DNA of 63,534 nt, counting the filler, from Octopus bimaculoides (Eukaryota), in NCBI RefSeq assembly GCF_001194135.2. It is 7 parts of 6 records of this genome, joined end to end, with 100 filler letters (N's around TTAATTAATTAA, not from the genome) between each part and the next. Parts side by side here need not be neighbours in the genome. Positions count along the whole stretch, not along the records: positions 1 to 9,428 come from NC_068989.1; positions 9,529 to 21,312 come from NC_068985.1; 5 more parts are not named here. The stretch is one strand, 5' to 3'. The position numbers were made by a program, and so were the translations under genes. Of this stretch, positions 1-12,053 are shown one piece after another. The first letter of the stretch is position 1, and each line of letters begins with the position of its first letter. The notes beneath the pieces were generated by a model. It searched no databases. It saw nothing but the letters and a program-made list of their open reading frames with translations, and was not told the DNA's origin.

Positions 1-592
1 ATGTGGTGGTGGTGGTGGTGGTGGTGGTGGTGGCGGCGTGAGTGACTGTCACTTGGAGATTTCAGAAGCAGATTATTATTGTGCAACGCGCAGCACTTGA
101 GCGTTTCAGTGGTACAACAAGACGAAGAAGTCTGTGTGGGAAGGGGCGGTTGCACTTGCATGCATGCATATATGTGTGTGTGTGTGGTCGTTATACACAC
201 ACACACGCACAGACACAGACACAGACAAGCACACACACACACACACACACTCATACACACACAAAGCACGCACATTATGTTATATGCCTTGCAATACATA
301 TAATGCTATTATATATTAATGCGTATGTCACGATTGCGTTCGATGTTTTATATACGTACGTACATACATACATACATACATACATACATACATACATAAT
401 ACATACATACATACATACATACATACATACATAATACATACATACATACATACATACATACATACATACATGCGTATATACATACATACATAACACATTT
501 TAATGGACGTTTTCATATCATATACAACTTATGTCTAGATGAAAGAAATGTGTTTGTGTATGTGCATGTATGTATATCTGTGTGTGTGTACA

Positions 593-648
<56 letters not shown>

Positions 649-674
649 TACTTATATACATATATATACATATA

Positions 675-706
<32 letters not shown>

Positions 707-760
707 TATAGGATGTGATATGATATATACTTTATTAATATATATATATATACTGCAGTA
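1..760. repeat. Microsatellite cluster (GGT)n, (CA)n, (TACA)n, (TA)n
   Basis: Simple repeats seen directly; they generate the spurious YI/CV/HT ORFs. Confidence 0.95.
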
Positions 761-936
761 TTATAGATCCATTTACCTATCGAATTCCCACACGAGTTAG
801 AGGGGAACCCCGACACTCGTCGGAAGGGCTGTTATGAAAAGTATAGTTATGCCTCTTAGTTACTAGAAGTTAGTAATTATCGCATCCACTTCGTGGGTGA
901 TGTGAAAAATGAAAAAAGAAACTTTTAACTTATGTC

Positions 937-1055
937 TACTTTAGAGTAAAGATTGTTTGCCAACATAACACGGCACTCCTGATTTAGGACGGATGTTGCT
1001 GTTATTAAATCAGGACTGCCATGTTATATTGGCAAACAATCTTTACTCCAAAGTA
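937..1055. repeat. Short foldback / MITE-like hairpin
   Basis: Arms 937-986 and 1006-1055 are reverse-complementary with about 4 mismatches; 19-nt loop. Confidence 0.85.
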
Positions 1056-1109
1056 CTGTTGCTGAATATCTCTCGTTGTGAGATTTAAAAATAGTAATTT
1101 TCTAATTTA

Positions 1110-2130
1110 TGTCTGCTTTACTTTGATACTTTGATAGGTTTCAGCCAGTAGTAACCCAGGCCATGTCTAACTTTATAGCACCACCTGGCCAAGTCATTCA
1201 AATCAGGAATCGAATAACATGGCCCACTCGAGGAGAGAATTGTTTATGGAGACATATCCGGGTGTAGGAGGTTGATCCGGGATTTTTCGAAGGAATTTGT
1301 CCAAAAGCTTCTCGAACTTTATGGGGTCTGTTTCTGCTTTAATGTGTTTTGGTGTAATGTTAAAGAGAGTGGCGCCAATTGAGGTGAAATTATTGTGCCG
1401 TATTGTTGATGGTTTTTCGGAACTTATGATTCGAGGAAAATGTTTATTCACTAAGCTAAGAAAGATCTTACCAACACGAAATGTGATGCACGAACTAGTA
1501 AACTATCTGGTGGTGTTTTCTCCTGGTGGGGCTAGAATCGGATGTGCAACTAGTCATATTCTTGAATCCGTCGGCGGATAGTGCCTCGTTGCTGTACGGG
1601 GCCGCGGCGTCGAAATTCTTTATTTGAAGACAGGCGAGAGATTGTTCTGCTGCCCCACTGAGCTCTATGGTTGGATGGCATGAAGCTATATCAATGAATG
1701 TCTACCTCTCGAACGGTTTCCGAAATGGCCTCTAAGCACTAGTTTTTAAGTTTAAGATTAAATCTAAGAAATCAGCCATCTTCGGATTTGTTTCTATTGT
1801 GGTGGTGGTCGTTGCGGTCGTGGTCGCGGGTTAGATCTTTACTAAGCCTATTAAATGAGTGACCGTTTGTCCCTCTTAGTATTGTCAAAGCATCTTCTCT
1901 GTAGCTTTTTCCAGTCCAAATTTAATCAAGTCTGGTATATTTGCAAGTTTATGTTATATCTCCAACAATTTCCATTCGGTTGTAACTCCACACGGTCTTG
2001 CACATATGGTACAACCTATCATTCACTATTCAGAGCTCAGTTTGTTCCTGTAAGACATACTTTTCTCCTATCAATAAAGAACTTGTCTTCATTGGAGACA
2101 TTCCAACCCATTGTTATTTAGCAATACCGA
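1110..2130 (-). mobile_element. CR1-group LINE, 3' fragment (decayed RT C-terminus, 3' UTR and tail)
   Basis: Minus-strand peptide ...FTSIGATLFNITPKHIK...KFEKLLDKFLRKIPDQP..GY...NNSLLEWA is typical of the CR1 ORF2 C-terminus; ends in an (AAAGTATC)-like tail near 1110. Confidence 0.8.
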
Positions 2131-2450
2131 TTGTCATTTAACAACAGCATATTATTTTCCTTTTTCTTATGAGGAACAAAGCACAAGGTAAACACCTCTC
2201 ATCCGACATATGTAAAAACCACGAAGAAAACTCTTGAAAATATCTTACGACGGCGATATAACAATAACCCGGTCTCTTTTAGCAAAATAAACACGTAATT
2301 ATTTCAAATAACAAACAATCTAACGATACTACATGTAACAACTCTCCTTTAATAACACAAATTATAATAACATTCTAGAATTACAAAAACGTTCGTCTGC
2401 CTCACCGCGTATATTTGATAGTGTGTATTAAGTGTGTATACTGACAGTAT

Positions 2451-2835
2451 GTGGAGGCGCAATGGCCCAATGGTTAGGGCAGCGGACACGCGGTCATAGG
2501 ATCGCGGTTTCGATTCCCAGACCGAGCGTTTTGAGTGTTTATTGAGCGAAAACACCTAAAGCTCCACGAGGCTCCGGCAGGGGATGGTGGCGAACCCTGC
2601 TGTACTCTTTCACCACGACTTTCTCTCACTCTCACTTCCTGTTTCTGTTGTGCCTGTAATTCAAGGGGTCAGCCTTGTCACACTGTGTCACGCTGATTAT
2701 CCCCGAGAACTATGTTAAGGGTACACGTGTCTGTGGAGTGCTCAGCCACTTGCACGTTAATTTCACGAACAGGCTGTTCCATTGATCGGATCAACTGGGA
2801 CCCTCGACATCGTAAGCGACGGAGTGCCAACAACA
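2451..2835 (+). mobile_element. tRNA-derived SINE (family C), full length, with 24-bp TSD
   Basis: Pol III A box (TGGCCCAATGG) and B box (GGTTTCGATTCC); (CAA)n tail; identical ATTAAGTGTGTATACTGACAGTAT at 2427-2450 and 2836-2859. Confidence 0.92.
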
Positions 2836-3029
2836 ATTAAGTGTGTATACTGACAGTATATATTGAGATTGTATACTTAAAGTATATATGTAGAATATAT
2901 ATTGAAAGTGTATAGTTACAGTATATAGTATTCCAAGTGTAAATTTAGAGTAAAATCGGTCTCCTTACAGATGTAAAAACATGGGTGTACATATCCTTCA
3001 AGCAAAACAAGGATCTTGATCTCTGAGCA

Positions 3030-3605
3030 ATGAATCGATCAAAGGTGAATTCGGCTGATGATTTTAGTTATCTTGGTAGATGGGTAAGCAGCACCGATGC
3101 TGACATCAAATTCCGAAAACCACAAGCTTGGACAGCTCAAGAGAGCATGAGAGTCAAGACTGTTGAGGGGGAACAAAAATCAGACTCTTCCTTGCCCGCT
3201 GTTGGGGCAGCAAGACATGGACACATACCAGACAAGCGCAGAAGAGTTCAGATGACTGCTATACAAGAATGCATTGAATAGCTCTCTATGTGAAACGGCA
3301 GCAGTACACGAAAGATGAGCATTATCTATAGAAGCTTCCAATCCAAAAAGTGACCAACAAGATCAGAGAGCGACGTCTCGGCATATCAAGTCATTGCATG
3401 CGGCACCAGGGAGAAGAAGCATCAAAGCTTGTGTTCTGGAACACGCAACATGATACCAGCGATTATAGGACGCGTAGTTTGACGTTTAACGACAACCTGA
3501 AAGAGGACAAAGGACTGGATTCTATACACAGCGGTGGCGATGATGGATCGAGGTGCTTTATCTATGAGGACCGGGTGGGAGCCTGATCAAAGTGAATAAG
3601 ATAAG
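3030..3605 (+). mobile_element. RTE-like LINE, 3' fragment
   Basis: Frameshifted peptides DDFSYLGRWVSSTDADIKFRK.QAW and KIRERRL..SSHCMRH..E.ASKLVFW; ends in an AAGTGAATAAGATAAG tail. Confidence 0.7.
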
Positions 3606-3666
3606 AATATTTAGAGTATATATTGAACATTCATATTCGTAGTGAATATTGATAGTGTGTGTGTGT

Positions 3667-3700
<34 letters not shown>

Positions 3701-3727
3701 GCGCGCACACATACACATTTATATTTT

Positions 3728-3970
3728 TATTCTTTTACTTGTTTCCGTCATTAGACTCCGGCCATGCTGGGGCACCGCCTTGAAGAATTTTTTAAAGCCA
3801 ACTGGATCGCACCCAGTAGTTTTTTTTCTTAAGCCTGGTACTTATTCTATTGGTTTCTTTTCGCCGAACCGCTAGGTTACGAAGACGTAAGCAAACTTGT
3901 CAACAGTGGTGCGGGACGACCACAGATTCAAAGATGCACCGACACACGACAGGCTTCTTTCAATTTCCGT
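3728..3970 (-). mobile_element. SINE family A, decayed partial copy
   Basis: Reverse complement matches the 3' module of the copies at 12054 and 16097. Confidence 0.75.
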
Positions 3971-4779
3971 CTTTTTTGCGGAGGGTGAAAGTGTTAACAA
4001 GAACAGGACAGTGAGAACAAGACAGTAAAAACAAACGGTGAGGGCTGTTGAGCCAAGACGATAGAAAAATTATTATGAATGATGGAGCTAATAATAATTA
4101 GATAATTAGATAACTATAATCTAATTAACATATAATTTCAAACATTTAGGCATTTGCAGATGGTGTTGCAGTATGTGAAATGGGTTGGTGGGAAAAAAAA
4201 AGTCTATGTTATGTCTGTAGTAACATAATGATGGCGGTGGTCCTTCTGTCACTCTCTGGGCCGCGACTCATGTGAAAAAAAACCCCCCCACCAGGCTGGG
4301 GTCTCGTTCGATGGCTGAATGAAATACATAACAGACATTTCTGCCATTATTAAAACCTGATTAGACATGAAGGGGTCAACGATGGTCACAGCAAGTGACA
4401 GTTAGCCTTGAAGACCGGACACTGACTTGCTCTGTGGCAGGTGACAGTCGGGTCTAGATGTGAAACACCCCATCGACAAGCTGACTACTAATGTTAGTAA
4501 ACAGCCTGTTTACATAGCAGAAATACAATACTCTCTCGTATAGACTTCCTCTCTTAATTACTCTTTACCTTTTAGCCTTTACAATATAACAAACGACAAC
4601 ACTAACATGTCAACCTGCTTAGATACATATATACCTTACATATATAAAACACCTCACACGGCAACACTAACGCATTTAGCTACATATTAACACCCTCCCG
4701 CCAGCGCTACATACATCTACCTACCCATGCACACATCTAAATTTCTGTTACTCTTTTTCGTTTTCTCACTAACACTTTT

Positions 4780-5260
4780 CTCATACCTGTCTGTCTGTCT
4801 GTCTGTCTATCTATTTATCTATTTATCTCTCTCTCCTTCTCCGCTGTCTCTCTCCCTCTCCTCTCTCTCCCTCCCTACCGTCTCTCTCTCCCTCCCTCTC
4901 CTCTCTCTCCCTCTCCTCTCTCTCCCTNNNNNNNNNNATAACAAGTGGAGTATTGAAGGCTATATCAGTCTTAGAGCTGCTTCTATTAATGGTCGCTCTT
5001 TCGTACACACCATTATATATATAAACGACAGATAGAGAGATAAAGACAGACAGACAGACAAATAGGTAGATAGATAGATAGCTAGCTAGCTAGATAGATA
5101 GATTGGTAGATACATAGATAAAAACAGACAGACAAATAGATAGATAGTTAGAGAGACAGACTGGTAGACGGACATATAGACAGGCAGGCAGATAGACAGA
5201 CAGGCAGACAGATAGACTTGACAGACAGCTAGATAAGTAAATGGATAGATAAATGCGTAT
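4780..5260. repeat. (CT)n, (GATA)n and (GACA)n microsatellites around a 10-N gap
   Basis: Seen directly. Confidence 0.9.
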
Positions 5261-5949
5261 GCGTGTACGTATGAATGTGTAGGTACATATTTACAGTACA
5301 TATTTACACGCACATACACACATACGCACACGTAGACACAACGCATTACAATATGAAATAAAGGCTTACTATCATCATTTCAGCAAACTCGCAAATTTAA
5401 CCTCGCTGTGAATGTAAACAAAGTGGTTAGACCGCAGGTTTGATCTCACGGAGAGATAGACGTGTGCTGTAACCGCTCATTGCGAGAATTAAGTTTTGAG
5501 GTTACTAAAATCACACACGAATAAAGTTTCCCATATATCACCAATGATTTTAAAACCTCGTCGTGTTGTGCAGATTAACTCATCCCGTTGCCCGCGCCTG
5601 CAGTCTAGTGCGAATAAGGCAGACTAGCTCAGCTCAGTCTGTGTGTCGATACACAATAAATAAGTAGAAACAGCTACTCTCTCTATGAACAGAAAGTGGG
5701 GAAGTAATCTCTGGTGCGGGATTAATAAAACGCGTAGGGAACCAGAACGATTCCTATTTCTGGCAACGGAGAAATGAACCCTATAATTAAACCATTCTAT
5801 TTACTTTTCATTGTATATTTATTAAGCATACTTATAAATAAAGTTTATCTTGCTTTTATTCCCCTCCTTCTCTACCCCCCTCTCACTCACACTCAAAATG
5901 GCGTGACAAAGTACATTCTGGAAGATGTCAATCCTGTAGTCTTGCTGTC

Positions 5950-8000
5950 ACACTCAAACTCAATTTGAGACACTCTGGTAGTACACATCAAACAGACCAG
6001 AATAGTAATATACACTACATATCGCCCTACTTTCCCTAAATGCTCCAAATCATAGGGACTCATTCGAAGAGAGCCCCCCTCAAAAAGGTGGCAGAAATAT
6101 TAACCAACCTAAATGACAGCCTTCACATACTAAGAGACCTCAACCTTCCTAATGTCGAGTGGCCTGAGGGCTGCCTTTTATAACACTGCTTGAATAGAGG
6201 CAAACAGAGTCTCTGCTCGACCTCGCAAATATGCTCTTTATGGAGCAATTAGTGCTCCACTCAACAAGGGTAAAAATGTCTTGGACCACTGCTTCACAAA
6301 TAACGTGGCGCTCATTCATAATGTTAAGGTGATACCGACGATTTTCTGGGACCATAATTTGATAGAATTAACAACGTATGACCCACAAAGAACTACAGAC
6401 ATGCAAGCATCCAATTCCTTTCCAGCTTGCACGTTCATAAAACTGATTGGAAAGATATTCAGAAGGAGGTCATGGAACAAAACTGGTCAACTAGTATCTC
6501 TATGCAAGATATTGACATAGAGCTACAGAACTTTATGGCGTTCATACATGACATATGCAGTAAGTTTACTCCAGAGAAAACATCAGACTGGCAGAAAAAC
6601 ATAATTCCCAGACTTCCCAGAAAGTTAAAGATGGCATAATATATCGTAAACATGAAAGAGGTAGAAGAGCAGAGGCTAAAAATTATAGGCTTATTTTTCT
6701 AACCTCACATGTCAGAAAACCCATGGAACGCGTTGTCAGGAGGATGATTACGTTCCTAAAACATGATGACTTTCTCCTTGACACCCAGCATGGCATCCGC
6801 TCGGGGAGAAGCTGCCCTACAGCTTCTGCAGCATTACGAATGAGTATTGAAACAGCTAATGAATCGCATCGCTCAAACGTGAATGTGATATATTTTGATT
6901 TTGGAAAAGCCTTTGATGAAGTTGATACGGGATATATCACAAGTTACAGAGACTCGGCATAGTCGTAAAATTGGAAGAGTGGTTACATGACTTCTTAAAA
7001 GACAGAATTCAAGCTGCTGCAGCCGAAGGGGCCGTTCCGAGTAGACAGTAATAACAAGTGGAGTATTGAAGGCTATATCAGTCTTAGAGCTGCTTCTATT
7101 TATGGTCGCTCTTTCGTACACACCATTAGTTACACAGACAGCCACATTTACTAGTTATACTGTCGACACAAAAGAAGTACAGGCAGGCAAGGAACGTCTT
7201 GATGTTAATCTTCTACAGAAAGATATATAAATAGCATGAAGAAAACAACATGCAGTTTAATGCAGGAAAATTCCAAGCTCTCTGCTATCAGCTAGCTTGT
7301 GCAAACATGTCGCAACAAAGAACAGTAATTCCAGAGTCAAGTACAGTGTGCGATCTGGGGGCTGATATGAACAACAACGCCTCGTTTCATATGCATGTCA
7401 CCAAAATGGTGGCAACGTGCTGGCGAATGGACAGATGGATTCTGAGAACTTTCAGAATAAGGGACTAGGAAATTATGCTAGTTCTTAGGACTTTTGTGCT
7501 CAGCCGTCTGGACTACTACTTTCAACTGTGGTCATCCAACAGTGTCAAATTAATATCAGAACTTGAGGCAGTTCAGCGGTGCTACATCAGGAAGATTGCA
7601 TCAATGGAACAACTGAGCTACTGGGAGAGACTGAAAGCGCCACGACTCTACTCCTTGGAGCAAAGATATACAGTGAGATATACAATGATATACATATGGA
7701 AGACCCTCGAGTGGTTGGCATCAAACTTTGGTATCGAGAACTATATCAGCCGCCGAACAGACGTCACTGTACCGTTCCAAAGATTCCAGTAATCCCATCT
7801 AGTGTGAGGACATTGTACTGCAATAGATTCGGATTCAAGAACCCAAAACTACTCAATACTCTGTCAAAACATTTGAGAGATCTACAGGGAGTAGGGATAG
7901 GTGTGTTCTAGAAACAGTTTGACCTCCTGTTGTACAAGGTCCCACATAAACCTACATCACGGGAAGAATCTCAAAAAAGGGCAGTGACATCAAACTCGCT
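5950..8000 (+). mobile_element. CR1-group LINE, decayed ORF2 (endonuclease remnant + RT)
   Basis: Frameshifted motifs NLPNVEW, LDHCFTNN, QHGIRSGRSC, VIYFDFGKAFDEVD, MQFNAGKF, SRLDYYFQLWS, RLYSLEQR. Confidence 0.85.
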
Positions 8001-8048
8001 CTTTCACACACACGTGCGTGTGTATGAGTGTGTATGTGTGCGTGTGTA

Positions 8049-8125
<77 letters not shown>

Positions 8126-8265
8126 ATGCACGCGCGTGTATAGGTGTGCGCTTGTGTATGTATGTGAGGTTTCGTGCCCCGCGTCTTATACTGGATATTG
8201 TTGTGGAAACTAGGGCCAACTACTGAGCTTGATTTTTGTTGCTCGTCGCACTTTACTGTTCCTCC

Positions 8266-8334
<69 letters not shown>

Positions 8335-8410
8335 AATCAGGATAAGATCGATATTTAAATACCGATTTTATCAGGTGGCCAGCATGGGAATAAAAACCAT
8401 CAAAGGTAAT

Positions 8411-8641
8411 AAATAGTAGTCAAAGCTTGACTCTAAAACCACATTAAATATTCATATAGCACTAGGAGAGAAGACAAAGAGGCAAAATAAACTAGCAAAA
8501 ATTGCTTCTTATGCAGAGCCAGAAATCCGGGATCTGGAATTATCCAGTAATTTTTGCTAGTTCATTTTCTCTCTTCGTTTTCTCTCCTAGTGCTATATGA
8601 ACATTTATTGTGGTTTTAGAGTCAAGCTTTGACTGCTATTT
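8411..8641. mobile_element. Foldback MITE-like element, about 230 bp
   Basis: About 95-bp inverted arms (AAATAGYAGTCAAAGCTTGACTCTAAAACCACA...CTAGCAAAAATT) with a short spacer. Confidence 0.8.
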
Positions 8642-9472
8642 CCAGCGTGGTGGTATCTCTTAGATACCCTAAATTCTAATTATAAACGTGCGTGTGTGTG
8701 TATACATATAAATACATGTGTGAGTGTGTGTGTGTGCATATACGTACAAATATACGCGCTTCGTGTGTGCCTCTGTGCTTGTGTTTGTCCTCTCCCCGTC
8801 ACTTGACAACCGATGTCGTCTATAGCCTAGCGGCTCGGCAAAAACGTCGATATAATAAGTGTCAAACTATAAAGAAAGAAAGAAAGAAAGAAAGATGTAC
8901 TGAGGATGGCCCCGATTCAATGAGTCAGATTACTAAAAAGTGAAAAGAAAAAATTAATATAAACCAAACACAAAAGATAATTTTAACTACGGTGTAATTA
9001 AACAGAACACTAACTAAACACCAAAGGAACACTAGTGACTCAAACATTTGACACAAGCAGTTTTCTAAACACTACCTAAACACTATCACAATACCACCAT
9101 ATTAACATATCAGCCTCAGTAGATAGGAGAGCGCTATTTAAATCTCATAGTTCTCTTACATTACAACAGCAGCGTCTAAACACTTTGCTAAATACTTTTA
9201 ATGTAGCACTAATATAGGGTTTTTACAAGATTTTGATGGAGGTTTGAGTTTCATAAAGGTCCTTTATAAGCTGACACGTTTCGGATGAACTGTGTCATGT
9301 GTTTGCCGCTAAAGTGGGTTAATCACCTCATAGCGACTATTTCAAATTAATTGCCACTGACACCAGCAGATATGCGAAGTTTTAACATATATGTGGATAT
9401 ATATGTGTGTATATATATATATATATATNNNNNNNNNNNNNNNNNNNNNNNNNNNNNNNNNNNNNNNNNNNN

Positions 9473-9484
9473 TTAATTAATTAA
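9473..9484. other. Artificial TTAATTAATTAA spacer inside a 100-nt gap (also 21357, 24971, 38870, 49749, 57960)
   Basis: The same 12-mer sits between two 44-N runs each time and has stops in all six frames; assembly artefact. Confidence 0.95.
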
Positions 9485-9528
9485 NNNNNNNNNNNNNNNN
9501 NNNNNNNNNNNNNNNNNNNNNNNNNNNN

Positions 9529-9717
9529 ACACGTAAAAGCACCCACTACACTCTCTGAGTGGTTGGCGTTAGGAAGGGCATCCAGCTGTAGAAACTCTGC
9601 CAAATTAGATTGGAGCCTGGTGTTGCCATCCGGTTTCACCAGTCCTCAGTCAAATCGTCCAACCCATGCTAGCATGGAAAGCGGACGTTAAACGATGATG
9701 ATGATGATGATGATGAT
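9529..9717 (+). mobile_element. RTE LINE 3' tail (Rex3/Expander-like) ending in (GAT)n
   Basis: CACGTAAAAGCACCCAC...GTTAGGAAGGGCATCCAGCTGTAGAAA...GGACGTTAAACGATGATGATG; same tail as the 30065 and 35966 elements. Confidence 0.85.
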
Positions 9718-9803
9718 ATGTGTGTGTGTGTGTGTGTGTGTGTTAAATAAAATATCAAGGTCAAGGCAATGTGATATTTATAGGACATTTATAAATAGAA
9801 AGG

Positions 9804-10099
9804 TGGTCTTACAGCCATTGACATAGCTACTGTGTGTGCTGCCCAGGGCGGCCCTTCTGTTTGCTGCCCCTGGACCCCACAAAAAACACATATTGCCTGC
9901 AGCAGACCCAAAAGTGGTGCCCCCTTTAAAAGTGCCACCTGGGGCGAATCACCCGGGGCGGACCACTCAGAGCGAACCTCCCGGGGCAGACCTCCAGGCC
10001 AGACTACCCAGGGGAGACTGCCCCTACTGTCCCCACTCCCAGCTACACTAGTGCTTACAGCTGTTTCAGGGAAATAAATAATATTCCATCATCAGAGAC
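9804..10099 (-). ncRNA. Minimal type-I hammerhead ribozyme motif interrupted by a MITE
   Basis: After removing 9816-10061 the minus strand reads GTCT-CTGATGA-T-GGAA..TTCC-CT-GAAA-CAGCTG-TA-AGAC, with stem I GTCT/AGAC intact. Confidence 0.7.
9816..10053. mobile_element. hAT-type MITE, 238 bp, GC-rich
   Basis: 8-bp TSD CTTACAGC at 9808-9815 and 10054-10061; degenerate TIRs CATTGACATAGCT / CACTAGTGTAGCT. Confidence 0.75.
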
Positions 10100-10379
10100 A
10101 AGAAATATGGGAACACTCATATTTCCCTTTATACTTTCTGTATTAGATCTAATTTCTTGTATATTTTTCCCTTTCCAAAATAACTTCTTATAAAATTAAC
10201 TCATATATGGAAGTGCATCCAGCAGTAGAAACTTTACCAAAGCAGACACTGGAGCATAATGCAGACACTGGATCCTTGTCAAACCTTGCCAGCATGGAAG
10301 ATGGACATTAAATGATGATGATGATGACAATGACGATGATGAAGGTGGTGGTGGTGGTGGTGTTGATGATACTTAATAA

Positions 10380-10540
10380 CCTATAAGTTTCCATTTGCCA
10401 AATCCAATCACATGGTTTTAATTGGGTTGGGGCTATAGTAGAAAAAAACTTTCCCAAAGTGCCATCAAATGGGACTGAACCTGAAACCATGCATTTGGAA
10501 AGTGAATTTCTTACGTACATAACCACCCGTGTGTGTAGAA
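10380..10540 (-). mobile_element. SINE family A, decayed 5' module
   Basis: Reverse complement of GGTTCAGTCCCA...GGGAAAG...CTACTATAGCC...TGGATTTGG. Confidence 0.65.
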
Positions 10541-11242
10541 CCACATTATCTAAAATGTTCTTTTATCTTATTTAAAAGAAGAAAATATGATTTCAGGAAG
10601 ATTTAGTTACTATTTCTAATGGACCAAGCAGAGGCTTCTTTACTGATTGTATGAGGTGTAGTGTGTGAGATTAGGAGAGAATACCTACTACCAGTGGAGC
10701 CAACTGCATTATCAGCAATAAACCTTCACTGAAGTATGGTGAATAAAGCTATTGAGAAAATGAGAACAAGAGTGGCTAGTGAGTTGCTTAGAGGATTAGG
10801 TTATATAGGAACTATACTAGTTATTAATTTAATTAATTATTTAAGTCAGTATTATCATAGACTGCTTCAACTCCAAAAGGATTGCACTGGAAAGAGAATT
10901 TTTTTAAAGGCTTCAAACTGATAGAACTAGGTTGCAAAAGCTGTTGAGAGAATTTTAAAGTATGTGCAAGTGAATAAGCAGTTTGGATTTGTGCCAACAT
11001 GCATATACAGAGATGCCAAGTTTCTAGTAACTCCACTACAAGCAAAGTTATTTGCTAAGAAAAAAATTATTTTATTTTTCTATCATTGATGCTGAGAATG
11101 TAGCCTGATGGCTGACGAGAAGATCAAGAGAGGATTAATGGCTTGTTAGAGCTGTTTAAACAGTGAATTAGTAAAGAAACTTAGCACATAAATAGGTGCT
11201 CATTAAACTTTTGTTTCTCATTCTGTTTTATTTATTATAATT

Positions 11243-11462
11243 CTTATTTCTTTATTGCCCACAAGAGGGGACAAACAAGGACAGACAAAGTAATTAAGTC
11301 GATTACATCGACCCCAGTGTGTAACTGGTACTTAATTTATCGACCCCGAAAGGATGAAAGGCAAAGTCGACCTCGGCGGAGTTTGAACTCAGAACGTAAC
11401 GGCAGAAGAAATACTGCTAAGCATTTCGCCCGCCGTGCTAACGTTTCTGCCAGCTCGCTGCC
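11243..11462 (-). mobile_element. tRNA-derived CORE-type SINE (family B), full length
   Basis: Head GGCAGCGAGCTGGCAGAAACGTTAGCAC, B box GAGTTCAAACTCC, central GACTTTGCCTTTCATCCTTTCGGGGTCGATAAA, tail CAATAAAGAAATAAG. Confidence 0.9.
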
Positions 11463-11480
11463 TTATTATAATTCTTTTAA

Positions 11481-11655
11481 CCCTTTAACATTTGCCCAAA
11501 TGTTCTACCTATTTTATGTTCAATTCTGCCATATCTTGCCTATCACACTAACCCTGCAATATCATTCTTTAATTTACAACATAACGCATGATTAAATTAA
11601 AGCAATGTGAATAAATAAGCATTACCTCTGACAGAATAATCCAAATGCTAAGGGG
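11481..11655. mobile_element. piggyBac-like MITE (TTAA target site)
   Basis: TTAA|CCCTTTAACATTTG ... CAAATGCTAAGGGG|TTAA; a related right end occurs at about 59340-59437. Confidence 0.75.
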
Positions 11656-12053
11656 TTAAAGGTGATGAACTAGCAGAATCATTAGGGTACGGGACAAAAT
11701 GCCTTGGGTAGTTGTTCCAGCCCTTAACATTCCAACTTCAAATCCTGCCGTGATCAACTTTGCCTCTCATCCTACTAATTAATTAATGGGGTTTTCCAGC
11801 TCATTCTGAACCAAGCCTGAAAGATGATGTCCTTCAAACTGTCTGAAATTTTTCATAAGCAAAGTAATCCTTATACCCAGTCAATCCTGAAAATTTCAGC
11901 TCCTAACTTATGTGTATGGTTCTGATTTTATGGGTACATGAATCCTCGCAAAATGTGTTGACTTATTTCAGTTGAAAACCTGAGATTCAGTCTATAAGCA
12001 GATGCAGTTTATGAAAAACAATGGTATAGGAAGATATTTCCGCTGAAAATCAA

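Noticed and set aside
42-800. ORFs made of YI/CV/HT/MYVC repeats (also at 8000-8400, 23284-24165, 29126-29568, 49139-49588, 62027-62440)
   Set aside because: Translations of dinucleotide/tetranucleotide microsatellites or N gaps.
2453-2530. tRNA gene (also the heads at 12054, 19894, 58039)
   Set aside because: A/B boxes are present, but there is no closed cloverleaf and each continues into a SINE body.
5400-5760. Solo LTR
   Set aside because: TGT start, AATAAA and TGG motifs are present, but there are no consistent ends, TSD or second copy.
9250-9345. Hammerhead relic on the minus strand (CTATGA...CCGAAACGTGTC)
   Set aside because: The core needs an indel and stem I does not pair; too degenerate to call.
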